DNA from: Paraspadella gotoi | Lineage: Eukaryota > Animalia > Chaetognatha | DNA: 64,000 nt | Assembly: GCA_051294375.1 (NCBI GenBank) | Contig: JBJCIZ010000239.1 | Coordinates: 232,801 to 296,800, forward strand | Reading direction: 5' to 3' | In this document: positions 25,759 to 37,850 of the stretch, piece after piece | Position numbering within the stretch: position 1 is the first letter of the stretch | Layout of the letters: every line of letters starts with the position of its first letter | The notes under the pieces: generated by a model | What the model saw: the letters and a program-made list of their open reading frames with translations, nothing else | Told to the model about the DNA's origin: nothing | Databases searched by the model: none | Position numbers and translations under genes: made by a program

Positions 25759-25962
25759 GATTCCACCGCCGGTTCCCTTCCCCACGAGCCACTTCGCCAA
25801 GACGACGACTACGGAGACACGACGACGACGACGACGAACGTGACGCCGTCTTCCACGAAGTCTGCTACAAACGAAAGAACGTCGCTCACGACGACGGATG
25901 GCGCTGCGAACGCGTCGCTCCGAGGAACGCCTTGTCCTACAGGGTCAAAAATCTCTTGCCTG
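25759..25962 (+). CDS. tutl: Turtle/IGSF9-like exon, FN3-1 strands C-E with loop insertion
   Basis: CTCCAG|GA acceptor and CCTG|GTGAGT donor; 204 nt, phase 1 to 1. (G)FHRRFPSPRATSPRRRLRRHDDDDDERDAVFHEVCYKRKNVAHDDGWRCERVAPRNALSYRVKNLLP(G) ends in the FN3 motif V..L.PG. Confidence 0.82.
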
Positions 25963-27899
25963 GTGAGTTGGTTTGTCTCTCTCTCTCTCTCTCTACTCTC
26001 TCTTTCTCTCTCTCTCTGTGTCTCTCTCTCTCACTAACTCTAGAAACAAACGGGATTTGCTAATACTGGAAGAGAAATCAAATAATCAATCATCTCAGCC
26101 AATTTCATTTCAACGAAATTCCTTATATTACTTTACAACTTCTACATTGTCTTTGTTTTTACTATACTACAATTATATCTAGCGCGCCTCTCAAACATTT
26201 CCATTGCCTTCCGTGCAACGCAAATTTTTTTTTTTCCAACAACGTTCTTCACTTTTTTCTTTCTCTTCTTTATTTCTTCGTTTCTCCTCTTGTTTTCCAT
26301 CTTTTCTCTCTCTCTCTCTCTCTCTCTCTCGCCTCTAGGGCTCCAGGCCGATGCTGCGCCGCCTCTCTCCCTCCTTTTTCAATAACCCAGTTTTTTTTCC
26401 CTTCTTTCTTTTCTTCCAGCCGGGTGCAGCTCTTTTACTCTCTCACCTCGGGCCGCCTTCTCTAATCTTAACCGAGTTAACGAATCTCGCTCACCTCTTT
26501 TACTTTATCTCGTTAAACTTCTTTAAGATTTTTTTTTTCAATTATTTTTTTCTTCTTTCGAGAATTTCGACTTCCGTTCGTCTTCGATAACAAATGTTTT
26601 TTCTTTAGTTCGAAAGTCGAGCGTTGGTTTCCTGGAAAAGCATGGGAAAACAAAAATGTGGATGCTGAAATAAGGAATGAATTAATTATCGAAATGATTA
26701 AGAAATGAATGAACAAAATAAATTAATTGAATTAACTGAATGAATTAATTAATAAAAATGGTTAAGGAGTAAATAGATAAACGAAGAAATTGTGTGACTG
26801 GATCCCCGTATCTGTCTTCATCCACGATCAATCCAAGACCACCAAATGAATGAATTAATTGTTAATTGAATGAATGAATAAATTATATTATCATCTCAGC
26901 AACGATAACGATAAGAACGACAACGACAACGACAACAACAACCACACTCGACCACAAACACCAGTGAATCGTGGAAACTCGCATTCCGTGTTTATTTGGC
27001 CGAAGCCACGGGGAAAAAAAGTAGGGCGCTCGAATCCCTTCCCGCCGCTTTTCGTCCTCCATCTCTACTCTCTCTTCTCTCTTCATCGCTTCGTCTTCCT
27101 TATGTTATTCTATTACGTTCTTTTAAGTCTTATTATACAGCTAATAATTTCTTCTTTCCGGCATTCTTTTCTCTTCTTTATAATTCCACTTTCTTATCTA
27201 CGAGCTAACTCTCGAAATCTTAGAATGAGATAGAGAAAGAGTAAAGAAATAAACTCAATTGAGTACGAGTAGGAGAGAGTTCCTTAATCAATTTCACAGT
27301 CGTGAGATTAGCAATGATGAAGAGAGCTAGAGAAGTATTGAAGAGTATAGTATAGATTATATGTACCACGACTAGATGCGATGCGTACGAGTATTGAGAG
27401 TAATGTGATTTCGAATGCACGATAGAGAGCACCCACGAACGAGAGAGCAGAGACAATAGGAGCGAGCATATACAATAGCCGGAGACTCACTAACCACTAT
27501 AAGCACACGAGAGAATAGCGAGAAAACAACTCCTCTCTCTTCGTTCGGGACACATTCACACGCATATAGAGCGATATCTTGACTCTCTCTCGAGCGCACG
27601 AGCCTTTGGTCATCGTTGACTCTGTGCGATGGCGCGAAGCACTCGGCTCAAGAGAATATTTCTGCACTGCTTATAGAACTGACTTACTATCTTTTAGTCT
27701 GTATTGTCTTCATGTCGTCTGCATCTTGTTTCTTTGGCGGCATTGCGCGCGACACTGACTTTCACAGTCGATGCCCTCTTCACTTGCACTGACTAATATA
27801 GTACACCATGCGCGCTTTTGCGCATTGCTTCTTGCTTTGGCTTATGCCTGTCTTTATATCTAATCTGAGCTATATGCTCATCCCATTGCTCTATGAGTC

Positions 27900-30800
27900 T
27901 TTGAGACTTATAATGCTTTGAGGCTCTGCTTTGAGCTTGCTGTCAAGCCACTTGCCTGAGAACGCGCTATGTCTTTATGCATTTGCTCGCTTGTTCTACG
28001 CTATGTCTCGTCCACATGCTTGACCCTTGCATCACTGCTTTGCTCTGCTTGCTCTGCTCTGCTCCAATATGCACTGCTTTGTCTTGACCTTCTTCACTAT
28101 TTGCTCTTGCTATTTGCTTTGCTTTTGCTCTGCTTTGTCATCTAGACTTCTTGTCTACTGCTCTTGCTTTTGCCTTTGAGCTCTGCTTTTGTCACTGCTC
28201 TGCTATTGAAATTTGCTCTGCTTTGCTCGTCTTTGGCTCTAACTTTGCACACCGCTTATAGTCTCCGCTTTTTCACTCTGCTTTGTCTGATTTTGCTGCA
28301 CTGAGCTCAGCCTTATTGAGAGAGAGCGCGTTGTCTCTCGTGCGACTGTCTATGTCGCTACTGACAACTATGCTTTGCCTGCAATCTGCTTTGTCTCTGC
28401 TATGAGTACTCTCGCATTTGCTACACTTGCTTTGCTACAGCCTGAGTCTTCACTGTTTGCCTTTGTCCGCTTTTGCCTCTTGCTTTGCTCTGCCCGCGTT
28501 TGCGGCTTCTGCTTTGCGTCTGGGCTCGTTGCTAATAGCTCTGCTTTATGATCATGCTTCTGCGTTTGAGTCGTCGTTTCGCTTGCTCTTTGCATGCTCT
28601 GCTTTGAGCTCACTGCTTTTGCGACATCACGATTCTCGCACTCATTTGTCCTGCTTTGAGCGCTGCTCTGATTGCGTTAGCACTCTATGGCATCGTTGCT
28701 TCTTGCTTTGTCTCTGCTTGTGCTCTCGCTTTGCTCCGCTTTTCTCTGCTTTGCTCTGCTTTAGTATGCTGATTGCTTGCTTATTTGCTCTGCTTTGCCT
28801 GCTGTTGCTCTGCTTTGCTCCGCTTTGCTCCGCTTTTCTCTGCTTTGCTCTGCTTTGCTCTGCTTGCTTTCTTTGCTCTGCTTGCACTGCTGTATGCTCT
28901 GCACTGCTTTGCTTTGCTCTGCTTTGCTCTGCTTGTCGCTCTGCTCTCGCTTGGCTTTGCTCATGATTGCTCTGCTTTGCTCCGCTTTGCTTTGCTTTGC
29001 TCTGCTTTGCTCTGCTTTGCTCTGCCTTTGCTTTGCTGCTGCTTTGCCTTTTGCTTGCCTGCTTTGCTTTGCTCTGCTTTGGCTCTGGCTTTGCTCTGCT
29101 TTGCCTCGTTTGATTTCGTCTTTGCCTCCGTTGCTTCTGATAACTTTGGCTCCGCCTTGCTCCGTTTGCTCTGCTTGCTTTTGCTCTGCTTTTGCCAGCT
29201 TTGCTCCGCCTTGCTCCTCTTTTGCTCTGCTTGCTCTGCTGTTGCTCTGCTTTGCCTGCTTTGCTCTGCTCTGCTTGTTTGCTCTGCTTTGCCTGCTTTG
29301 CTCTGCTTTGCTCTGCTCTGCTTTGCTTGTGCTCTGCTTTGCTCTGGCTTTGCTCTGCTCTGCTTTTGCTTTGCTACTGCTGTTGCTGCTGCTTTGCTCT
29401 GCTTTTGCTCCGCTTTGCTCCGCTTTTCTCTGCTTTGCTCTGCTTTGCTCTGCTTTGCTTTGCTTATGCTCTGCTTTCTCTGCTTTGCTGCTGCCTGCTG
29501 CTTTGCCCTTTGCTCTGCTGATGCTCTGCTTTGGCTCTGCCTTTGCTCTGCTTTTCTGCTTTGCTCCTGCTTTGCTTTGCTTCGCTTTGCTCTGCTTATG
29601 CTCTCTTTGCTCTTGCTTTGCTCGCTGCTCTTGATCTCGCTCTGTTCTTTTGCTCTGCTTTGCTTTGCTCTGCTCTCTGCTCTTGACTCTGCTTCTGCTT
29701 TGCTCTGCTTTGCTCGGCTTTGCCTCATGCTTTGCTCTGCTCTGCTTCCTGCTCTTGCTCTGCTTTGCTCTGCTTGCTCTGCTTGGCTCGCTTTGCTCCC
29801 TTTGCTCGCTTTGCTCTGTGCTTGCTTCTGCTTGCTCTGCTTTGCTCTGCTTTGCTCTGCTTTGCTCCGCTTTGCTCGCTTTTCTCTGCTTTTGCTCTGC
29901 TTTGCTCTGCTTTGCGTTTGCTTTGCTCTGCTTTGCTCTGCTTTGCTCTGCTCTGCTTGCTTTGCTCTGCTTTGCTCTGCTTTTGCTCTGCTCGCTTTGC
30001 TATTGCTCTGCTTGCTCTGCTTGCTCCGCTTTGCTTTGCTTGCTCTGCTTTGGCTCTGCTTTGCTCTGCTTTGCTTTGCTCTGCTTTTGCTCTGCTTGCT
30101 CTGCTCTGCTTTGGCTTGCTCTGCTGTGCTCTGCTTTGCTCTGCTTTGCTCCGCCTTGCTCCGTCTTGCTCCGCTTTGCTTGCTTTGCTCCGCCTTGCTC
30201 CGCTTTGCTCTGCTTTGCTTTGCTCTGCTTTGCTCAGCTTTGCTCGCCTTGCTCCTCTATTGCTCTGCTTTTGCTGCTGCTTTGCTTTGCTTTGCTCTGC
30301 TTTGCTCTGCTCTGCTTTGCTTTGCTCTGCTTGCTCTGCTTTGCTCTCTTTGCTCTGCTCTGCTTTGCTTTGCCTGCTTTGCTCTGCTTTGCTCTGCTCT
30401 GCTTTGCTTTGCTCTGCTGTGCTCTGCTTTGCTCTGCTTTGCCTCCGCTTTGCTCCGCTTTTCTCTGCTTTGCCTCTGCCTGCTCTGCTTTGCTCTGCTC
30501 TGTGGGCTTGCTCTGCATTTTGCCTTGCTTTGCTCTGCTTTTGCTCGTGCTCCTGCTCTTGCTTAGCTCTCGCTCTGCTGCTTTTGATCTCTGTTTGCTC
30601 CGCTTTGCTCTCTTTGCTACCTGCTTTTGCTCTCGCTTGCCTTGCACTTTGCTCTGCTCTGCTTTGCTTTGCTCTGCTTTGCTCTGCTTTGCTCTGCTTG
30701 CTCTGCTCTGCTTTGTTGCTTTGCTTATGCTTCTGCTTTGCTCTGCTTTTGCTACTGCTTCTCCGCTTTGCTCGCCGCATCTGCCTTTGCTCTGCTTGCT

Positions 30801-30925
30801 CTGCTTGCTTGCCTCTGCCTGTTTGCTTCTTGCTTTGCTCTGCTTTGCTCTGCTTTGCTCCGCTTTGCTCGGCTTTGCTCTGCTTTGCTCTGCTCTACTC
30901 TTTTTGCTCTGTTTGCTTAGCTCGT
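27900..30925. repeat. ~3-kb (CTTTG/CTCTG)n pentamer-decamer satellite
   Basis: Continuous CTTTGCTCTG units with recurring variant CTCCGCTTTTCTCTG; purity decays leftward. Confidence 0.92.
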
Positions 30926-31595
30926 CTCTATGTTACCTTTCTTGTATGTACATGAACAATTTTACTGTTATAGTGCTCAACTTTCACACATTTAGCCTAA
31001 TGAATTAAATCAATCAAAAAACCCTAACATTTTTTTCACCTCCCAATCTTTTCCAACTTGGGTCCGACTCGTTTCGTCCGACCTTTGACCTTTGACCTTC
31101 GCCAACTTCTCGCCCGAGAGGCCGTTTTCGCCCAAGAGCATTTTCGCTTCTCTCATACTCCTCTCTCGCATTCCCATCGCCAGTTCCGATGACTATCGCT
31201 TCGTACTTACTTTTAACTATCACTTTTCGCTATCACAACCTTTCCCGCTTTTTCTGATAACATTTTCTGATAACCCTGTCACATCTCTTTTTTTTTTCAT
31301 TAACTATTACCTATTTATTACCTTTTTGCTCTTCGCCTCTCAATATTCACATCTTAACTACGCAACATTTGTTTTATTTACTTTTATTTATTTATTTTGC
31401 TAACTTTTTTAACGAGATACTTCGAATTATTTTGACCATCACGTCTTCCTGTTATGGCTCATCGTCCTTTATTTTCCGTTCAGCTTTTCTCCCATTACTA
31501 ATTCACCTCTGCCCTCTAGTGATATTTTTCCTTTTGTATTCGCTTTTTTCCCTTTTTTTTCCACCTTCTCTCTTTTGTCTTCACTCCCTCACATA

Positions 31596-31631
<36 letters not shown>

Positions 31632-31775
31632 CTCTCTCTCTCTCTCTGCTCCTCTTCTCTTCTTTCTCACTCTATTTAGTTTCCTATGATTTCTTTTTTT
31701 CTGCGTTTCCTCTCCTTTCCTCTTTTTATCTTCTTCTTCTGCCACTCTCTCTCTCTTTCTCACCCCTACATATCA

Positions 31776-31826
<51 letters not shown>

Positions 31827-31914
31827 GTTCTTTGGCGAAAGAACATGCGGTACGAGAGAAGAGAGAGAGAGAGAAGAGAGAGAGAGAGCGAGAGAGAGAG
31901 ATAGAGAGAGAGCA

Positions 31915-32498
31915 CAGCATGAAAGTTACTCGACTCGAACAGAAGCCAAACGCACCGATGTCGGAGCGGCAAAGAAGAGCCATGAGAGGCATCTTGCCCT
32001 CCGGGTATGACGCGTTTGTTAATGCTCCAATTATATGGATAATAAAAACTGATGGAGAACACACATCGAGATTGTGAAAAGGACGAATTCGGCAGAGGGG
32101 ACACGTAAAGCGTCGTGGCGGGCAGAGGAGCTGAAAACCGGAAGTGACGCGAGAAACACGTCGGGGCAAAGGAATGAAAATTTAAAATAAAGGGACAAAG
32201 ATGATTGAGTGAAAAAAGGACATCTCTGCTTGGAATAAGTTTCCAAGAGAAAATAAAATGTCGGCGCAAAATATGACTCAAGAGCCTGGCAAAAGGAGAG
32301 GCACGACATGAAATATTTCACCTTTGAAAATATCATAAATATCTCTCCACTGAACTAAAGTTAAATTTTTAAAATCGGCGAAGAACCGATAGCTGAATTA
32401 AAGCACGCATACGTACCGACGAATGGAAAGAGAGAAAGAGAAGAGAGTACTCTAGAGCAGAGGAGAGAGAGAGTAGAGTATGCAAGAGCAGAGAGAGA

Positions 32499-32536
<38 letters not shown>

Positions 32537-33937
32537 CGCGTTCATCGAAATCCTCAGGCAATACCTAATTGATTGAATATTAATCAAATTCTATTGTGAA
32601 ATTAACACAGTTGACTCGGAGAGAAATGAGGCTGAACAAAGAAATGCGATACGGAAAAGAACGATTTAGATTGAGGAAAGAAATTACTCACGCGGCGAAT
32701 CGAGACCAAAAGGATTTGCTTTGGCGGTGAAGGGAGAAGCAGAGATGCACCATCGTGCGTTGGAGAGGGTAAAGTTGGGGTGGTGTGGGAAAGGTGAGTA
32801 GGGAGAAAAGGACGCTTCTGTTTAGGATAAGAATTTAAAATTAAATATGTATCGTTATTATTTTAAGAGACTAACTTATCTTATCTTGATGACAAGTTTG
32901 AAAGACGGAGAAATAAACAAGAGAGTTTAGAGATGATTTACAATATTTCTAGAGAAGATTTTAGTTTACATTCACACATAAAGTTATATGTAAACATGGA
33001 AAAGTATTCAGTTATAATTACTTGTCATAACTAACAAGTATCGTATATTACATACACTCGCAGAATTTAACTGCTGACTCTGAACAGTTAATTATCCGTC
33101 AAGTGGCTTTTTCTCATCGCGTTAAAACTAGATTACTTAAGTTAACTAGACTACTTAAGTTAAACTAGATACTTAAGTTAACTAATACTTAAGCTAAATA
33201 TCTTTATGGGCATTATGTAGAATACTATAATATTAACCAATTTCAATTTTCAGACTCACATTTCCGTAACAGGAAAAAACATAGCGATCAGGAGGCGGAG
33301 AAGAGGCTCGACGCGAACCCCGAAAAGAATTTCGAAAACTGCAAACTTCGAAACATTCGAAGAGAGAATCGATCTTTCGCAACAGAAACACGGACATTGA
33401 GGAACGAATTGAGGGAAGGGAGATTTAGCAACGTTGCAGAAGCTCATTGAGACGCTGGGGAGCAAGGTGGGGATGAGGGAAGGAGGGAGGGCGTACAGGG
33501 ATTCGAAAAGAGACCATTTTAAATATAAAATATATACTGAATTAAGAATTGACTAAAATCTAAAATTAAATTAACGAATTGAATTAGAGCGATTAAAGAT
33601 GTTACTTTTATTGCATAGAAATTAACAATTTAATGAATTAAATTTAAAGCGCAAAAAAAAAAGTTAAACCGATGACCACGCTTATCCCCAACCACTTCTC
33701 AACACTCTCCACAAACGCCCAACACACTCCCCACACTTATCTTTGCCCACAGGTCCAATTGAGCGCAAACGTCGCGAAGTCCAAGACGTCAATCAGCTCG
33801 AGGGCGGACCGAAGTCTCTCGTCAGTGGCGCCCTCTCCAAAGGCCCGACCGCACACGCCACCTCCATGGCAGGCGGATCCAGTACCTCTAGGAGCCCACG
33901 AGTTTACCGACGCTTGGTCCGTGTCGGACGTGCTTGA
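31915..33937 (+). other. Putative noisy exons of an unidentified coiled-coil protein gene
   Basis: Purine-rich islands with AG/GT edges at ~32631-32768, 33254-33466 (..DLATLQKLIETLGSK|GT) and 33753-33937 (..IERKRREVQDVNQLEGG..). Frames are broken. Confidence 0.3.
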
Positions 33938-35068
33938 TTGTGTCGGCCAATGCTTGATGTGACTGTCGAAGCTTTGATTGTGTCGGCCGGTCTTTCAAGA
34001 GGCTTATAAAAAATCGGCGCTTCGCCAGGTTTTTCATTCGGCCGGTCCGTGAATAAGATTATGAAACGTTTAATTTAATAATAATTTAAAATTACATATG
34101 CCCAACTTCCTTCTAAGAAAAGAAGGAAAATCAAAGTTTTTAATTAACAACGAAATAGAACGTTCTCTCGAATTTATAACAAAAGACGCTTCTTTTGAAC
34201 GAATGAAATATAATTTCTAATGTTGGATTTTAATAACAGAATCATCTCTCATTATTCACAAGCGATTTTATGACGATGTATTTGATATTTGGTGACATTC
34301 CGTAGCAGCGACTTAATTTTTGGTATTTATTTCCTTTTAATCCCAGGATTTATTTTGATGTTTTATTTTTCCCCCTCAAGTTTTTCCTTTCAATATCAAG
34401 TTTAAAACACTTTCTCCACTGAGGTGCGTTGCATCTGTTATCGGCGAAATTTATGTTCTAATCTGAATGCTCCTCGTCTCAATGTTCCCGACAAAAATAA
34501 GTTGATTATAAAATTTTCATCATGATGTAGTGTTTTTATTTTAACGAGGTCCTGTCGTTGATAATTTTTGCAGAAGAATTATCAAAGTTAGATTAATTTC
34601 ATTTTTCTTTCTTCTTCTTCAATTAAAGATTCATTTTTTTTTTTTCGGTAACAACTGCCAAACAATGTTTCTCAAATGTATTCATGTGAGGATTTCTACC
34701 AAATTACCGTTAAGTGAAACACTTAACAATTTAGGCCTTATTTAAAAGAAGAAAAATATTTATTAGACAATATAAGTGACAAGCGGCATTTTCGCCCTCG
34801 AGTCGAAAAAAAAAGTTTCAAAAAGCGGAATGATTCGGCTACAGTAAATCGCGTTCAACTTCATACGAAAGTAAATCAAAGTTAAAAAAAAAACCACGAC
34901 GTCGATAAGTATTTAGTTAATTAGAAGAAAAAAAAACAAACGAAATGTCCCTAAACATAACAATAAGTGACTACGACGAAAATATTCGAGCGCGCGGTTT
35001 TGCGCGAAAAATGCGATGTCCGTTTTGTTTTCTTTGTCAAATTGAAACCAACGCCAAGAGGTGGCGGA

Positions 35069-36392
35069 CTAACCGTCATAACTGTCCGAACGAGTTCGTG
35101 AATTAAAAAAAAAATAGCAACTGTGAATTTTATTAAATTTTTAAATGTTCAAAAAATTTTACAATATGAGGATCAATGAAATAAAAATAAAACTGGTACA
35201 TGAAAATCCGAGGCCTTACTCATAATTATCCAAATTTAATAATATCTCTCTACCCTCGTAGTTAATGTTTCCGTGATGATCTTCTGTGCCCTGGATAATA
35301 TGTTCCACCTCATCGTCCGGAGTTCCTGACTCGCCCGAATAGACGTAGGGGAATGTGACGCAACTCGGCACGAGTTGCATCAAACCGTATCCCGACTCCT
35401 GTTCGAACCTTTGGAGTCGAATAATATATGTACTTATCTTAATACTACAGACATATACACTTTATATATATAATCAGTAGCCAATTGGCACACAACTTCC
35501 AGTATAATCGCAGATCATAATGTCCGACCTGCACCATTACAAGAGCGTTCTCCTTGATGTCTCGAGTAAGTACTTTCTACATCTAAACCGGGATCCATAT
35601 TTTCACGCATTTTATCGTTAAGAGGACGATGAATAACCCAATAAATTTTTCGATGATTGGACGCTGCCACGTCTTTGATTGAGTTTCTTACAGTTCATAA
35701 AAGGAGCGAGTATCTTTAATGTAGGCATGTTCCTGGAACATAAACCAATTCTATCCGACGGTCTGCCGATGCTTCTGTTAACTGGCGTGTTTACAGATAC
35801 AATTCATCGCATTGCTTCAAATAAGAACCGAAATCAGTAGTCCTTGAAGAATGAAGAAGCGAACATATTTTATAGCAGAGCTTCATATATGTAAATTGGA
35901 TTTAGCACACAAATTTTTTTTATTTTTGGAAAGATAAAGGAAAAATTTTTTTCTTAAACATTCGTAAACCATAAGTAAAAAAAACCATCTAAGGTGAGAC
36001 AATAAACACGAAACACGATAATGAATAGTGGACACAATTAGCACAACTTTCAATATCAGGGGTAAAAGCGAAAATATTTCTACGCTATTTTCTATACCGA
36101 AGTGATAATTGCTAATAATCCTTCCGGAATGCTAGGAATTATCATAATTGTGGGAAGCCGCTCATCTGACGAAGAAGACACGACGACGACGAAACCCAGT
36201 CCTGTGAGTTTGATCTCTGTCGAACAAATATATAATCTCATCAAAACGTTCAACAAGCAAGGAATGCGACGGCACGACGTTGTACGTGAAAGTAACGAGA
36301 TGCACGGTGGGCGGCAACGTTCCTCCGACGGACTCTCTCACAGGAATCCGGCGTGCTGCCTCTCGGTCGACTTCTCTGCGCCTTCACTGTCG

Positions 36393-36434
<42 letters not shown>

Positions 36435-37355
36435 ATGTTCACGAAAAAAAAAAAAGATTTCGACAGATTTTTTTTCTTCGATTTGAAACCAACAATCGGC
36501 GGAGGTTAAGTTTTAGATAATTTCGAGCTTAAAAATCCCCAGCGGATAGAACAATTTTTTTTGGAAAAAGGATGCAATTCTATGTATCGCATATCGTGGT
36601 TTACTTTCGTATTGCAACGGAAATAATTTGCATACTTCTCGACCGACATCCATAAAGCTAGTATCCTAATATAACATTATCTTCCTTAATGGCTCACGCG
36701 TTGTCAGGTCAAACGAGTAAATCGCAGCCGAGTAGTAAATTATGTTGAAAGATTCTAAAATTAATAGTCGTCTGGTTAGAGGGAGCGAGAACTGTTTCAG
36801 TCCCTGCGCTATAATTAACTCGATTAACACTGTAATCTAGGGATTATTTATAAATATTTTCCCCTCAAACAAATGAAATAGATAAGTAGAAATCATGTTT
36901 TCTATTTAATATTGGGTTTTAGAAAGCAATCACCTTAATCCTTCGATGATGTCCTCAGGGACGATGCTTTGCTTGGTCTTGCTTAGTGCTTGTAGACGGG
37001 AAAATTCGTTGAAGGGATTCGTTCTCTGTTTGAAAAAAATTAATTAATTTAGTAATTACTAATATCTATTAGTAATAAGATAATTTTTTTTATTTTTCAA
37101 GAGGAGAACGAAATAATCTGTGAAAATGCAATAGAAAAGAATTTTTAGAACAAACATTTTTTTTTTTCTATTTTTTAATATTTTTCATTACCTTTTTCTC
37201 CCAATACTAATAATTCCCATTTCTTTCTTTCACTTCAATAAAAAAGTAAAATTTAAAAATAAAATTGAGTCACATCGACGAATCTAAGAATCTAAGAACC
37301 GACTCGTGACGAAGTCCGACTGCATCCTTGCGCCTTCGAGGTCATTTTTGCTCAT
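35069..37355 (-). CDS. Myosin essential (alkali) light chain gene, multi-exon, frameshifted by probable read errors
   Basis: Exon 37025-36934 (AACAG|, |GTGATT) gives ..IPFNEF..LQALSKTKQSIVPEDIIEGL(R). Exon ~35409-35254 gives ..AELRHI..DDEVEHIIQGTEDHHGNINYE|GTAGAG. Last exon 35096-35069 gives (E)LVRTVM.G-stop. These match the MYL6/Mlc-c pattern EDFVEGLRVFD..AELRHVL..LGE...EEVE....ED..G.INYE|ELVR.V..G. Tentative start MSKNDLEG at 37355; the middle exon was not found. Confidence 0.8.
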
Positions 37356-37419
37356 TTTTTCGGTCGTTCCTCGGTCGCCCTCATCGCCGAATCGAGGGAA
37401 AATAAAAAGGGAATCATGC

Positions 37420-37480
37420 GATTCGACCAATCAAGAATCGGGAAAAAGAATATGTCAGAAATATTCACCAATGAGAAACG
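37420..37480. promoter_or_regulatory. Two CCAAT boxes, possible bidirectional promoter
   Basis: GACCAATCA (~37426) and CACCAATGA (~37466), ~40 bp apart, between the light-chain ATG (-) and the + strand exon series. Confidence 0.3.
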
Positions 37481-37850
37481 TGATTAGGCATGTCCGGCCA
37501 TTTTTCTTGCGGTGTGAACTCGGTTCGGATTTACGAGTGATAATAATCAATTTACTATTTAGATCAAAAGAGAGATTCTTTTAACTCACAAACAATAACA
37601 ACAATAACAAAGTCATTCACCGAGCGCTAATATTTTTTTAACATTTTTTTATTGTGAATAATTTCTTTTACGATTGTTATTGCGCAGAGCTTGCAGAACC
37701 CATTGACTGGCAAGCACGGTTGTCCAGGTAAAACAAGCTGAAGATTTTCCGCAAAAACGCTGCATTCAACTGCAGATGATAAAAAAAATTAATATTTTTA
37801 ACAAATATTTATTATTTAAAGGCAAATCTAGTGACTCTGTCTAACCTTAG

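Noticed and set aside
26985-27050. tRNA or tRNA-SINE head (TGGCCGAAG..GCTCGAATCCC), or an FN3 F-G exon (FRVYLAEATG)
   Set aside because: No cloverleaf can be drawn, and the exon phase does not give an FN3 frame.
28368-31008. Long ORFs of up to 597 aa (LLCSA/AEQSK repeats)
   Set aside because: Translations of a pentamer satellite with few stops in any frame; no splice or domain evidence.
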